A stretch of 64,000 nucleotides of DNA from Clavelina lepadiformis. Taxonomy: Eukaryota. The DNA lies in the NCBI RefSeq assembly GCF_947623445.1, contig NC_135248.1:2726977-2790976 (forward strand), given 5' to 3'. The notes below the pieces were generated by a model, which saw nothing but the letters and a program-made list of their open reading frames with translations, had not been told where the DNA came from and searched no databases. The position numbers were made by a program, and so were the translations under genes. Below, piece by piece: positions 22,678-34,340 of this stretch. Positions within the stretch are counted from its first letter, which is position 1; each line of letters starts with the position of its first letter.

Positions 22678-25197
22678 TTATACTACTGTTTTTCGAGCCT
22701 TAGCAAGCGCGAAATCTTCGATCATGTCAGTGCAGTCAAGGCTGCTCAGCACCTCATGTTCAATGCTCATAAGCGCCAGCATGTTTAGCCTTTCCTCCCT
22801 CATCGAAGACCGCAGCTCTCCTTTGACTATTCCCAGTTTTGAGAAGCTCCGCTCGCCGGAGGCATTAGACACCATCAAGCACAGATAGATGCGCAAAGCA
22901 ATCTCGACGTTTGGAAATGTTTGAGAAAGGTTCAACGACGACAAAAGCTTGTACATGGTAAGCTCTGCTGACTCGTTCACACTCACCGATTTCTGGGTGC
23001 GCATAAATGCAGCAAACTGTATGAGCTCAGCCACCAGCGTGTCTTCCAAGTCATCTGGATACGAGGAAACGAGATTTTGAGCTTTATTCTCGATCTGCTT
23101 TATGCTCAATGACGTTAGCTCCGAAAGAAATCCGAATGTTGTAGATATATCCTCATACGCCTTCATTCGCTTTTCCAGTTCAGCTAACAGTCTGTCGATC
23201 ATGACCAGATATATATGGGTTTTGAATGTTTCCCTAGGGGTGAGGTTTTCTTCGTTTGCAGCTCCTTCATCAGGCATTCGCTTTCGCTTACGGCCTCGAC
23301 GTTCTTCAGCCTTGTATTCGCCGTGAGGAACCTTTTCGATCGCCATCTGCTCATACACGTCAAATCTGTCCCGTGCAAATTGAATCGTGTCGACCAGTGA
23401 TGCCAATAAACTAGTTGCCGTATTCAGACTGACTGTAGGGTCTTGGAGGCTAATGCTCGTACTGTTGAGACGGCATAGGATATCGTTCCAGGCAGTCGCC
23501 ATAACTGCAGTCTCAAGTTCGTCCATCCTGCGCGAAAATCCGTCGGCCTGGTTTCTCGTATCGGCCTTCTGCTCCTTATCTGCCGCAAGCTCATCCAGGA
23601 CTTCTTGAATGCTCTTCCACCCTTCTACTAGCGCTTTGACAGCATCTGCACGTTCACACCATCGGGTTCCAGACAAACCTTTGAGCGTTAATGTGCAGCG
23701 ATTCTTCAGTTTCTGCCAGCGATATGTCGATTCAGACAGGAAAACGTATAGTCCATTGACAAAATGAAAAAACCTGGTACAGCCAGCGCAGCTATTAACA
23801 GCCTGGTCTCCTACCAGGTTTAAACTGTGGTTGCAGCATGGAATAAAAGCAGCATATTTACATTCTCGCTTCACAATTGCCTGGACACCGTTGTACCGTC
23901 CTGACATGTTTGACGCATTGTCATACGACTGGCCTCTGCAGTTAGTAACATCCAAGCCATTTTCCTTCAGAAAGTTCAGAAGTATGCTAGCCATGTGCGT
24001 AGCGGTGTGTCTCATCATAGGCAAGAATGTCAGGAACCGTTCAACTGGACCCAACGGCAGAACATATCGAATAACAATCGTTAGCTGGTCGAGGTGTGAT
24101 ACGTCAGGTGTAGAGTCAATCGAGACAGAGAAATACTTCGCCTTCTTGGCTTCTTTCAGGATGGTGTCCTGCACCTTTTGTCCCATGAGCTGCACCAGCT
24201 CCTCGCAAATTGTGGATGACAAATAAGAAATGTGACCTTTCCCGCAGTTCGCATATTTTCTAATATGGCTAGCCAGCAGAGTATCGTACTCCGCCAACAA
24301 CTCAATGATGCCAAGGTAGTTACCATTATGAGGGGAACCTATGATCTCATCCGCGCCCCTTATAGCAAGGCCACGCTTAGCTAGGAATATCAGAACGTCG
24401 ATGAGCCGCTTTACAATCTGGCGCCAGTAACACCGCTCTTCCTCGACCTGTTTAGCGGCTAGGTAGTCAACACGACCGGCCTCCCTCTGTCGGCTCGCAA
24501 AAGACAACATAGCCTTGCGATGACCATCGCTGCTTTCATGCATTTTTATTCTGGATTCGCCTGTCCTCCAATTGTCGAAACCGCCGGATACGAACTTGGT
24601 TGCTTGAACAGCATTACCACCGAACAACTTGCATGCAAAGCAGAACACCTTCCCGGTCGAAGGCGAGTAGCACAACCATTGTCTATAGGATTTTTCACCA
24701 TTGAGTGGATGCGTACGCACGAAGAAGGTCTTAGTGCATCGACGTTGGAATGATTCACCTAGGTATTGTCTGGCGCTCTCTTCAAACATCGATTCAGTGT
24801 GTTGGCAGTGTTTTGAACCTTTCTTGGCCCAATATTCTCGAGTGTCAGCGTTGATTTTACCCCACTGTCCTAAATCATTGGTGATATCCTCCAGCGTTTG
24901 CGCCAGTGCTTCGCCAGTGATAGCGTCTCCTTTCACCTCTGCTCTCTCCGCTGAACTTTCCCGCTCTTTATCCTCTCTTTCCTCATCAGGTTCATCTTGC
25001 TTGGCCTGGTCTTCAGGAGCGCTCGAATTCGCAATCGCATCCGACGCAGGCAATTGAGACGAAGCTGCTCGCATTCCAAAGTATGAACTCAGTTTTGGAA
25101 TTTTCGCCAGAAGCTTTTCTTGTTCTGCTGCTTCTTTCCTTTTCTTTTTCGCTTTATCCCATCCACTGAGTTGAGACGCCATAGCAAGCGTGCACAA
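22678..25197 (-). CDS. hAT transposase (ZMYM1-like: TTF-type zinc finger + DUF4371-like core + hAT C-terminal dimerisation domain), 839 aa, uninterrupted
   Basis: A single 2.5-kb intronless ORF. The TTF-type zinc finger region reads CTKTFFVRTHPLNGEKSYRQWLCYSPSTGKVFCFACKLFGG. The C-terminus (ALRIYLCLMVSNASGERSFSKLGIVKGELRSSMREERLNMLALMSIEHE) matches the hAT dimerisation domain consensus. Plus-strand ORFs inside it (23102..25057) are antisense artefacts. Confidence 0.85.
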   Translation of the reverse strand: MCTLAMASQLSGWDKAKKKRKEAAEQEKLLAKIPKLSSYFGMRAASSQLPASDAIANSSAPEDQAKQDEPDEEREDKERESSAERAEVKGDAITGEALAQTLEDITNDLGQWGKINADTREYWAKKGSKHCQHTESMFEESARQYLGESFQRRCTKTFFVRTHPLNGEKSYRQWLCYSPSTGKVFCFACKLFGGNAVQATKFVSGGFDNWRTGESRIKMHESSDGHRKAMLSFASRQREAGRVDYLAAKQVEEERCYWRQIVKRLIDVLIFLAKRGLAIRGADEIIGSPHNGNYLGIIELLAEYDTLLASHIRKYANCGKGHISYLSSTICEELVQLMGQKVQDTILKEAKKAKYFSVSIDSTPDVSHLDQLTIVIRYVLPLGPVERFLTFLPMMRHTATHMASILLNFLKENGLDVTNCRGQSYDNASNMSGRYNGVQAIVKRECKYAAFIPCCNHSLNLVGDQAVNSCAGCTRFFHFVNGLYVFLSESTYRWQKLKNRCTLTLKGLSGTRWCERADAVKALVEGWKSIQEVLDELAADKEQKADTRNQADGFSRRMDELETAVMATAWNDILCRLNSTSISLQDPTVSLNTATSLLASLVDTIQFARDRFDVYEQMAIEKVPHGEYKAEERRGRKRKRMPDEGAANEENLTPRETFKTHIYLVMIDRLLAELEKRMKAYEDISTTFGFLSELTSLSIKQIENKAQNLVSSYPDDLEDTLVAELIQFAAFMRTQKSVSVNESAELTMYKLLSSLNLSQTFPNVEIALRIYLCLMVSNASGERSFSKLGIVKGELRSSMREERLNMLALMSIEHEVLSSLDCTDMIEDFALAKARKTVV

Positions 25198-26209
25198 AAC
25201 GCAGCTAAATTTGTAAATTGTGGAACCGTAAAATTTATCGCATTAACTTGAAATCTTCCGTTACAATAAACACAACGCCGTATATTTAGCCTACGTCACA
25301 GTGCAAAAAAAAAACATTAGCAATTGTCTTAGAATTAAGGCAATCGCTAGCGTCCAAGTGAACCCCAATGCTTTCCATCATTTTTTGTTATAAACTGACA
25401 CTGGTTTCCATCATTTTTTGTTGTGAACCGGCAGTTGTTTGCACGGTGTTAGCTTGTGAATCGGCAATGAAACAACATTGAACTCAACAATAATGATTGC
25501 TAACTCTTTTCCCAACCATAATGAGTACTAATCTTACTGCCTTAACCTAATCTATTCCTAAGGTTTAGCCTAACTCAGTGGTTCTCAACCGCCGGTCCGC
25601 GAAGTACCGTATCTTACTTTCTGCCAAGCTAATTTTAATCTGGAATCATAAGCATTGCAAAGTTGATACTTCCTGTAAAACTCATTTTACGCTTGGCCGA
25701 TTTACAGCAGTAGGCTAAAACTGGCATAGCCTATCTCTCCTTCGTTGATACAGCAGAACTGTTTAATAATAAAGGTTAACCTTCCGATGACCTAGATTTT
25801 GTGCCGTTTATGATTGTTTCGTCATAAACTGCGTCTAGCTTTCAAAAAGTTTTGTAATACAAGGTCATTCTTCACTTTTCAGATGCTGCAATAGCTTGTC
25901 CTGTTAAACTACAGAAGGATTAATATGGAATCAACGAACCAACAAGTGTATTTTAACAAGAAGGAAAAAACTAAGACTTCTGAAACAAATAATTCTCAAA
26001 ATGGAAATGAACCAAGTATCAGTAGGTGCAAATGTAAACTACGAAAAGGGCATATGCAGATAAGTTGAGTGTCACAGAGGGAAGTAAGAAACGAAAAGGG
26101 GAATTTGTCAGGCAATACAATAAAAATACTTGGAGCTTGGTTTTACAATAGTTCCGGGTAGTGAACAATCGTCACGGCCCTAATGTTTGGTGTGCTCCCA
26201 AATTCTGCC

Positions 26210-26500
26210 AAATGACGTTATGAAACCTTCTAAAGTTGTTCGTCACTTTCATTCAAAGCACAACAATCTTGAAGGCAAGCCACTTGAATATTTTGGACGA
26301 ATATTCTCTGATATGAACGATTAAAAAAAGCAAATGAAAAGATGACGACTACCGAAAAATCCTTTCTTCATGAATCCTATCTAGTTTCTCTACGAATAGT
26401 TAAAACCAAAAAAAGCATACACGATTGGGGAAGAGTTAATAAAGCCGTGCATCTTATCTGCGGCTGAAGTAATGAAGGGCCCTGAAACAGCTCGAAAAGT
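26210..26500 (+). pseudogene. Frameshifted fragment of a second hAT-type transposase (GTF2IRD2/ZBED5/Charlie-like N-terminal region)
   Basis: Plus-strand translation gives NDVMKPSKVVRHFHSKHNNLEGKPLEYF in one frame, then EKSFLHESYLVSLRIVKTKK, and after a +1 shift HTIGEELIKPCILSAAEVMKGPETARKVL. These are the characteristic MKPSKL.RH..TKH / ESY.VS..IAK..KPHTIGE.LI.P motifs of this family. Stops and frameshifts mean it is not coding. Confidence 0.5.
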
Positions 26501-28369
26501 GTTATAATTTTTCATCTTAAATAAGTAGTCTATGCCAAAATCTTGCTTTATCTTACGTGCCTAGGCGTAACACTGTGCCTAGGCGTGCGAAAGTCGGACT
26601 ACAAATTTCATAATAAGAATTATTTGTGGGTTAATTAAGCAAAGGAAAACTGTTCAGCGTCCGGAAAATTCACGTCTGTTTTCGTCTGGGCCTATTTCAG
26701 GAATGGGCCTAATGCTGCAGCATCAATAGCATCCACCTTAATCCTGCACTGGTCTCGTTGTTGCGTTTCTGCGCTTTGGCGTTTGTACAGTTTGTGTTAA
26801 AGAGTATTTTTGGAGCCTGTAAATTGGTGATTTTTTTGGATTTTTTATAGAGTTTTTTTTTGTTGGCGTTTATTGATTTATTTTTTCCTGGCCATGCAGT
26901 GACCTTCAGTTTAAATATGTTCAGTTTCTCTGGATTCTGTTCAAAAGTTGAGCTCGAGATATCTGGAATCTGGTGTTTCAGGAGAATTTGTACCCCCAAA
27001 GCTGATCTGAAATCTTCAAATCTGAACATTTCTTGCTGTGAACTGAACATGTCAAGATTTGTAGCAGAACTACAGTATACGTAGGCAGCATAGAAACTTA
27101 GAAATCTGCTTTGGCTTTGTTCAGTTCAGTAAAATTGTGTTGGGGGTGTATTTTAAGCTTTATTTAACATCACGGTCACGTTGCCAAAAGTTCCCCTTTT
27201 TGAGATGACGAAAATGGTGACTTAGGAATTTTTCTATTTCATAAAAGTTCCAGGGCCTTAATAATTACCAACAATACAATTATGATGTCATTGGAGCCAA
27301 AGTTTGATAATGATTGTGTCCTCCCCATCGCCCCTTTGTGGGTCGTCACCATCCTACGATAATTTATAGTTCTGGTGAGTTCGTTTTATTGCTGAAAATA
27401 AAACTTAAATTTTTTCATACTCGTTTCCCAAGATATTTCTTCCATCAGCTGAAGCTTCTACTTTGAAGTTCCAAGTCTTCTAGTCACTTTCATCTACTTC
27501 CGTGCAACCAGTAACTAATAGTGGTTACGCCAATAGTAAGTGGTAATGTAATGTCTTTCTTGGGCCCGTATTTAATTCTCACCATATTAAATATCGATTT
27601 TTCCCGAGAATCGTGTTGATATTTGTCTATTTTCATTCCTGGTTTTAATCTCTTGCAGGTCATTTCCCTGATAGTTTCTCGTATAAACCAAACATTTTCA
27701 CGTTTCACGTTTCCCAAACATTGTGACATCTTACACAAGCTTCAAGACGTACATATACAAGACGTACAAGACTTCAAAACAGTAATGAAATTATTAGACA
27801 CATAGCTACGATTAAAAGCTACTTCAAAGTTTTAGCAAGTGTATTCGATCGTCAACTAATAATAACAATATTGTTTCAGACTCTTTCAACATTCAATTCC
27901 ACTTCAATAACTTCGATAGTGTTTGTTCAATATCAAGAAGGCCTCGGCCTCTATAGCGGCCTCGACCCAGCTATAGCTCGCCATCGGTAGGTCTCGTTTT
28001 AGCAACTAGTTTCCTGAATTAAACTAATGAATTGCTGGTGTCAAGCTATTAATCATGGGTGATGGTTTGGCTGTGTAAGCATGGGTTGACCCTTCTGTTA
28101 CTTTTAAGGTCTAATGGAAGTCCAACCACCAATCAACCAACCAACCAACCAAAGCAATATTTAGTGGCAGAGCATAATAACGTTAGGAGCGCGCTGGTAA
28201 CCAACGAGGGACGATGAGAAGAAGTAGCGATGAGACAAACACGGAAGAGAGAGGAAGCTTCCGACGACAAGTTGCCGGCGCGCCGGTGCATCGTAGGTTA
28301 CGGTTCAGGCGGCATTACCATCGCACATTGCGCCCCTGGTGTAGAAATGTTAAACCATGTAGTGCAGCA

Positions 28370-30175
28370 AAAAGGGACATTATGTTATCAGACTAATATA
28401 ACTTCTATAAGAATTCATTAAATTCACCTCTATGAAAGACAGGGACATTTCGTATTTTTGTATTTTTGTGTGTTTCTACTTCCTTCCTTCCTTCTCTTTT
28501 TCTAATATTTTTGTCGTCGGTAGAGGGCGTAAATGCAAATGCGATGGTAATTTTTTTTCAGTTAGGGTATATCCCAAATGTACCTGAAGTAGTAAAGTTT
28601 AGAAGATCCGAGGTAAATTTTCAAATATCTTGTTTGCTTAGGCCCTTTATATGTTGCATAGTTTACAATGATATTATTTTTGTTACAATAATTTTGCTAA
28701 TAATTGTGGGTGTTAACATAATAGCAATAATAATATGGAGAAGATTAACTATTGCTTATTTTAATACCTGTTACATTTACATTTTACCATAAATGCAAAG
28801 ATAATTTTAAACATTTTTTCAATAAAACTGTTTTGCGATTTAACCAAAGGACAGTTATCTAAAACCAGTAACAAATTTACTGGGATTACCTTATATAGGC
28901 CTACAACAAGAGAGTGGAGGTGCTGGAGTCGATGGCATAATGACTTTCTCTTTCTCTTAAAATTGATGGGATTGTTGTTGTGTATTGTTTTATCGCTTGT
29001 CTTATTCTCTCATAGTCTGAATCATTGAGTTCTTCTGTCTTATATTGTTGTGTGTTGACTGTTTTATCGTCGGGAGGGTGCAGGACCCGATGCAGCACTG
29101 GTTTCGCCAAGCCCAAAGCGATCCAGTGTCCCGGCCCAAATTAAGAACATTTTGCCCTCGCGCCCCTATACTAGCCTGCATTCTCATAACCCTATCCTAG
29201 GGGGACAAAGTGCCGTGTAGAATAGGGTAGGGACCTCCGACATTTCACGCCTCCCCTAGATGGCGGCACTCAATATAACAAGTAGGTCCGACGGGGCATT
29301 AAGCCACAGACACAAACAATTCGAGGCTTATGGAGTTTGTTGTGGGTCCTCAGATAAAATAGTGCTCCTAGGGTGTAGCTCGCTTAGGTTATCCAGCACT
29401 ATTTTATTTCAATCTTGCGAATAAACTTTTAGGGTTTTTGTTTTCGGAACCACACAATTCTATTTAGTTATTCCCATTGTGTCCATCGACTCCAGTGCAG
29501 TTATATTTCTATTTTTTATATATACTGTATCTTATTTTAGGCATAAGACTCTATACTTTCCTTTATTCTGGCACTCCAACCTAATGCAGCGGTTGGATTG
29601 GTGCCTTAGCGCGCAACACAACCTTAAAAAGATAATTCACATACTGCATGGCCGGTTTGAGTTACCGATGTTGGTTTCAACTATTTTTTTTCAGGTTATC
29701 AAGTAAAGTATTACAAAGTATCCTAGGTAAAGTATCCTAGTAAAACAATCCTAGGTTGACCGCACTTCGGTCTGGTTGACTAAATTTTCAGTCAAATATA
29801 ATTAAAACAACAACAATAGGCCACAACATTTAACGCGACCATATGCCTTCTCTTATTGTCTTGTATAAAATTCTCACACCACACCGCGCGATACCGGCTA
29901 GATCCCTCCAACATTTCTTAGATGAGGTAGGGTCATGACTTGTTTTGTTTTTGCCTTTTCCTCCATAGAAAACTTTTAAAAAATTTCTTCTTGGGTCCGC
30001 AAATGCTTGTCTGCCCAACCCCTTTGTTTCATTTTGCACGATTGCGGCGGTTATTTACAGGTTACAGGTAATTATATGAAATGAAACAACAATCAACGGT
30101 TGGGCTGATTCCCCCTGGCTTTAAGAGAAGGAGGTCGCATCGTAACGTACCAAATCCTATACTAAAAAAGTAGAA
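28370..30175. repeat. Interspersed repeat family, long copy (A, ~1.8 kb), carrying a ~1.25-kb internal segment absent from copy B
   Basis: 28372-28650 aligns with 42493-42740 and 29890-30175 aligns with 42740-43015. Shared blocks include ttgtcgtcggtagagggcgt(a/c)aa(t/a)gcaaatgcgatg and tagatgaggtagggtcatga..ttgccttttcctccatagaaaa..gcgattgcggcggtta..caggttacaggtaatta.atgaaatgaaac. The insert is flanked by similar ~22-bp sequences (ggccctttatatgttgcatag / gatccctccaacatttcttag). Confidence 0.55.
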
Positions 30176-30799
30176 AGTACAAAACATAATATTCGGTATT
30201 TTCGGTAGTTAAAAGAAGAATTCGGTATTTGTGTTTTTACAACGGTCTTTATCCTGCTTCTCTACACCCATCGGTAGCGAAGTGGGGGATTCTCCCCGTT
30301 CCCAAAGAACCGTTCCGACGACTGCCACCTTGACGCGGTGGAACGGCTTCAAAAACTAAGAGCAGTTGACTTTTTGGCAACATCGCCAAACGCAGTCAAT
30401 TTTAAACTTTTACCAGCATTACCAGCATTTTTTGCAAATTTTTAACGTTGGCATAGCAGGCCTACATCAGCTTTAATTCTATGGCTTCGTACTTTTAATC
30501 AAGATTTTGTTCTATATTTTTTTCAGCCAAAAGAAGTCGTCTTTTGATCCTGTGCCTTCGTACGCTCAAGCTTCTCAAATGGAACGACGACAACATGACT
30601 TTCTATAAAAGTGTTCAATATTATCTATGCAATGTTTATACCGTTGCTGTGTTTTTAGTTCTCACATCATGTTACTGCATTGCACGTCGCACTGCATATT
30701 ACGTCACACATTCTTGCATGTTCCATTCTAAATGGTCTTAATTTCTGACTGATGCTCCGCGGCTCTTAACGGTTACAGGTTCTGGCTATCTTGTGGACT

Positions 30800-31700
30800 A
30801 CCCTCGTTACCAGCGGTTAAAAGATCACAGATCAATTCTTACAATAAAATATACAAAAAACGGATGTTCCATACAAAATTCTAGAAATAATGAACCATAC
30901 AGCTGCATGATACATAATAAAATTGAAATCGTCAACAAATCGCAATCGAATTCGTCACACGGCTGATTGGTGACTGGAAAAAGGTCATTACCGCACAAAA
31001 AAATTTAAACAATATAAATAATTGGTTGGAATTAAATCACTGGAAAACATAGGTTATTAACATTATTATTACAAAGCCTCATGGTAACCGAATTCTTTTA
31101 ATAAAATATATGAAATACACAATGCTAATGCAATATAAATGAAACAAACAACATGATACATAACAAAGTAACACTTGTCACGTGCTAAAAACCGCAATCG
31201 AAACCAATTGCTGATTGGAAACAGATTGTAAATCTTTCCTTTGATAAAAACGTAATATGATAAAATAATATATTAACTCGTAAAAATACTCGTACGGTTT
31301 AAGTGTTTCAGAACTTGTGGCCGCAAAACAATATCATAGGTTTAATATAATTAAATATAATGTAGCAAAATTCTAATTCAAGAATTGTGTAATAATATAA
31401 AATAACAAATCGATTTGTTGCCGTGGCAACAAAGCTCGTAGCAAATCGTTCGATTTTCGACCATGATTATTTGCTGGTATGCTGATGAAACTATGACTTG
31501 TGATTTGGCATTTTTGCTGAAACAAACATCTCCTCAACTTAACTTGCCCGCTATCGTCCGCAAAATAATACCATTATTCGTGCACGTTTTAAACCTAGTA
31601 AATAAATAATAAATTTGTAGTAACCGCCCATGATTGGCTGATAACGAGCTTTCATCAGTGACACCGCGCGTCACTTTGTGAGTAATGGTGGGATTGAAAA
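30800..31700. repeat. Tandem ~270-bp repeat array with recurring CCAAT/ATTGG-containing motif (cgcaatcgaa..ctgattgg)
   Basis: Units compared at 30840-30975, 31100-31215 and ~31600-31680: aatcgcaatcgaattcgtcacacggctgattggtgactgg, aaaccgcaatcgaaaccaattgctgattggaaacag, cccatgattggctgataacgag. Confidence 0.4.
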
Positions 31701-32937
31701 ACATGTCTATCGAAAATATATAAACAATATTTAGCAATTTGGGAGTATAACAGCTTAGTGGTGGAAGCTTCATTAATAAAACATTGGAACCCGCGTCTTT
31801 ATAAAGGGCACGACTTATTAATAAGTTACAATTAAGTTTGTCATACTGTTTTCTGTTGTCATCATATTTATTTTGCATCTATTGCGCTTATTTCTGTTTC
31901 ATTGTATTCAGTTTGACGTTTACTGTGTACATTTTGTATGTTTTGTGTGTGGGTTATATTAATTGATAATGTTATGACTTGTGTATTTCGCTCTAAAATC
32001 AGTAAAGTTTCCAACTTGGCTGCTTAAAAAGTGAGAAATCTATTGTGAAGAATAAAACCTTGACACATGTGTTTCAAGAATCGGTTTCTTAGAATGAGTC
32101 AAATAACATATATAAACAAAAAACAACCTTGTCAAAGCAGATCCCAACAAGTTAACAACCCTAAAATGTAGTGCAAGCACAATCTTTCTGAATGGGATTT
32201 CGACTAGTTGGTTTCGCGTTCGATTCCATTCCACGCTGGGTATGTTTTTGTCCATTTACATCTGTAGAATATACTGAAATTAACGGCATTGACAGAAGCC
32301 GGTTGGTAGCTCAAGCCTTAAACACCTCCTCGTCGTTCAATAGGTCACGATTTCGATTCCTTGACAGTCATTTTTCCTTTTAATAGTTAGAATAATTCCT
32401 TTGAAAGTTTTAATATCATTAACGTGTAGGCTACCCATCAAGGGGTCGCATATGCCAGTATAGTGTCTAATTGCTTGTAAGCGTATTTTTATTCTTCAAG
32501 AATGTAGCTGTGGGCTCATTTTACCATGAATGCACAATTAAAAATGTAATAAATACAATGTGATGTACCAAAACCAATGCCCTGAAGCCCTGATCCAATG
32601 ATATAGATTATAGATTACAGACGGTCAGCTCATGGGTGAATAAAACGCAATGCAGGGAGGAGAATTCTGGTCAACTGCCCCAAGTCACCTACGTTTTTGG
32701 AACTGATGCTCCTGCTAGGACGGGTTCAATTGGGTTATGGGGTGGTGCAGTAGGGAGAATTTTTTGGATCGTCTATTCCGAAACACACATGTTTGCAATA
32801 AGGCAAAACAAAAAGAATGAATCTATAGCAGGGTCGTACAAATTCTGCCTTCTTGCATCAAGACATAACATGTGATGTTATTGCATGTATACTTTTCGTT
32901 GTGGTCGAGTGTGCTGGTACTACCTTTTAAAAATGAC

Positions 32938-33009
32938 GACTCTATGGCGCAACGGTAGCGCGACTGACTACAAATCAGAAAGTGGCGTGTTCAAATCTTA
33001 AGCGGGCAC
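32938..33009 (+). pseudogene. tRNA-Trp-like pseudogene / SINE head (anticodon loop CTACAAA instead of CTCCAGA; T-stem and 3' acceptor half do not pair)
   Basis: GACTCTATGGCGCAACGGTAGCGCGACTGACTACAAATCAGAAAGTGGCGTGTTCAAATC matches metazoan tRNA-Trp(CCA) over the D arm and anticodon stem. But C34 is replaced by A, position 37 is A, and the 3' side (CTTAAGCGGGCA) cannot close the T-stem or acceptor stem. Confidence 0.5.
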
Positions 33010-33171
33010 TTGATATTTTATCTCAGTTTTTTGGTACTGACGAACGGTTCCTGGACGACTCAACCTACAATTCGTTGTTTACATCAGTGCAAATGTTCTG
33101 GAATCGATTTTTTAAAGTCTTGAACTTAATTTATTTTCAATCTTGTCACCTGGTGAGAATATGAGTGTTGG

Positions 33172-33440
33172 TTAAGGACGCTCGTTAGACGATTTGTAGC
33201 TCGCGATAGGAATTGCAGGATTCGGTGCGAAGGATTCTGGGTTCAGATCCCCCTGCAGTCGAATGGTTGTATCATTTTTTTTTTGAATTGATGAATGTAC
33301 ATTGGTCACATTTGTTACATCACATCGTTTACATGAGTTAATTCGTAGCTCATGTGACTCGACACTGCACTCGGTGCTGGAGGTTCCAGGTTCGATTCCC
33401 GGCGTTAAGCTCTTAAGCCACTCATGCGTGAATAAAACAT
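33172..33440. repeat. tRNA-derived SINE unit (copy 1 of a ~0.9-kb tandemly duplicated block)
   Basis: Contains tRNA-like gtagctcgcgataggaat..gggttcagatcccc and the conserved core gacactgcactcggtgctggaggttccaggttcgattcccggc at 33358. Homologous to 34080-34340. Confidence 0.5.
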
Positions 33441-33643
33441 AAGCAGCCTGGTCCACGGTCACAAGTGTAACGTAATACCGACTGATAATAACCTTCGAAA
33501 CTGTAACTGAGTCAGCAAAGTGAAAATATGTATTTAACATGATCGTATAAACTTAGCTTTCTGACATCACGTTATAATGTGTGTAATGATTACATGTATA
33601 CCTTTACATCATTTATATTGGTACAATGTTTTGTCAACATTAT

Positions 33644-33709
33644 GACTCCGTGGCTAAGCAGTAGCGACTCCAGATGAGAAGATTTCGTGTTCAAATCACG
33701 TTGGAGTCA
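33644..33709 (+). pseudogene. Truncated tRNA-like sequence (Trp-type acceptor/D/T arms, anticodon stem partly deleted)
   Basis: GACTCCGTGGCTAAGCAGTAGCGACTCCAGATGAGAAGATTTCGTGTTCAAATCACGTTGGAGTCA. The acceptor stem pairs (GACTCCG/TGGAGTC) and the T arm pairs (CGTG-TTCAAAT-CACG), but only 66 nt remain and there is no intact anticodon stem. Confidence 0.4.
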
Positions 33710-34079
33710 CTTATCATTTTCTATGATATTGATGAACGGTTTCAGGTGAATTCGATTTCTGTACAGTCGAGGAAGATACTTCTAGAACAATTAAACTCAG
33801 GATGACCCAACCAACATGTGTGGATTGAAACCTTGGACTCAATTATCCTTGGTTTCATCTTACGTTGGTTGAGTTCCAGAGTTGAATCGACCGTGAGCTG
33901 AAATGAATGTTATCCTGACGAACAAAGGGTTAAACGCAGAGCAGGAGCAAGGCATACTTCACAGAACTGATCGCGCCCTCCGTCATTGACATCGGTGCAA
34001 AGGTTCTTGCTTTGATTCCTCAAAAACTTCAATTAATTTTTTTTAACTGATGTGATGATGGTATATGTGCTAACAAATG

Positions 34080-34340
34080 TAGATTAGGCCAGACGCGTTG
34101 TAGCTTGCGACGTTTATCACAGAATTCCGAGCAAAAGTTACCGAGTTCAGGTCTCTGTGAAGCCATATGACCTGTGTCTTTCCCTTTTCAAAATTTAACA
34201 ACTGATGCATCGTCGTTGGTTATATTTGTTACACAACATCATATACGTGTGCAACTTGATAGCTCGTGTGCTTGGACACTGCACTCGGTGCTAGAGGTTC
34301 CAGGTTCGATCCCCAGCATGGTAGAAAAGAATGCAATACA
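34080..34340. repeat. tRNA-derived SINE unit (copy 2; paralogue of 33172-33440)
   Basis: gttgtagcttgcgacgtttatcac..gagttcaggtctc and the core gacactgcactcggtgctagaggttccaggttcgatcccc at 34272. A T-rich tail/poly-T lies at 34425-34440. Confidence 0.5.

Larger units (their letters stand above)
22310..26790 (-). mobile_element. hAT-superfamily DNA transposon (~4.5 kb) with an intact transposase ORF and imperfect subterminal inverted repeats
   Basis: The 839-aa ORF 22678..25197 is bracketed by inverted blocks at 22320-22400 (ggtctcgtt..ggattaag..gggcctgatgctgcagc) and 26700-26790 (gggcctaatgctgcagc..cttaatcc..ggtctcgtt). Exact termini and the 8-bp TSD are not resolved. Confidence 0.5.

Noticed and set aside
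23102-25057. Several plus-strand ORFs (74-131 aa) inside the hAT transposase gene
   Set aside because: They lie antisense to a strongly supported 839-aa transposase ORF and show no domain-like sequence; they are chance open frames in a region depleted of stop-prone AT-rich codons.
28214-28421. Arg-rich ORFs in a short GC-rich island (28190-28340)
   Set aside because: The sequence lies within repeat copy A; the translation (RRLRFRRHYHRTLRP...) is typical of GC-rich non-coding sequence read in frame. It is possibly a CpG-rich regulatory remnant, but nothing supports a gene.
32938-33009. Possibility that the Trp-like tRNA is a functional tRNA or suppressor
   Set aside because: The 3' half cannot pair with the 5' acceptor stem or T-stem, and the anticodon loop is altered at positions 34 and 37; this fits a tRNA-derived pseudogene/SINE head better than a gene.
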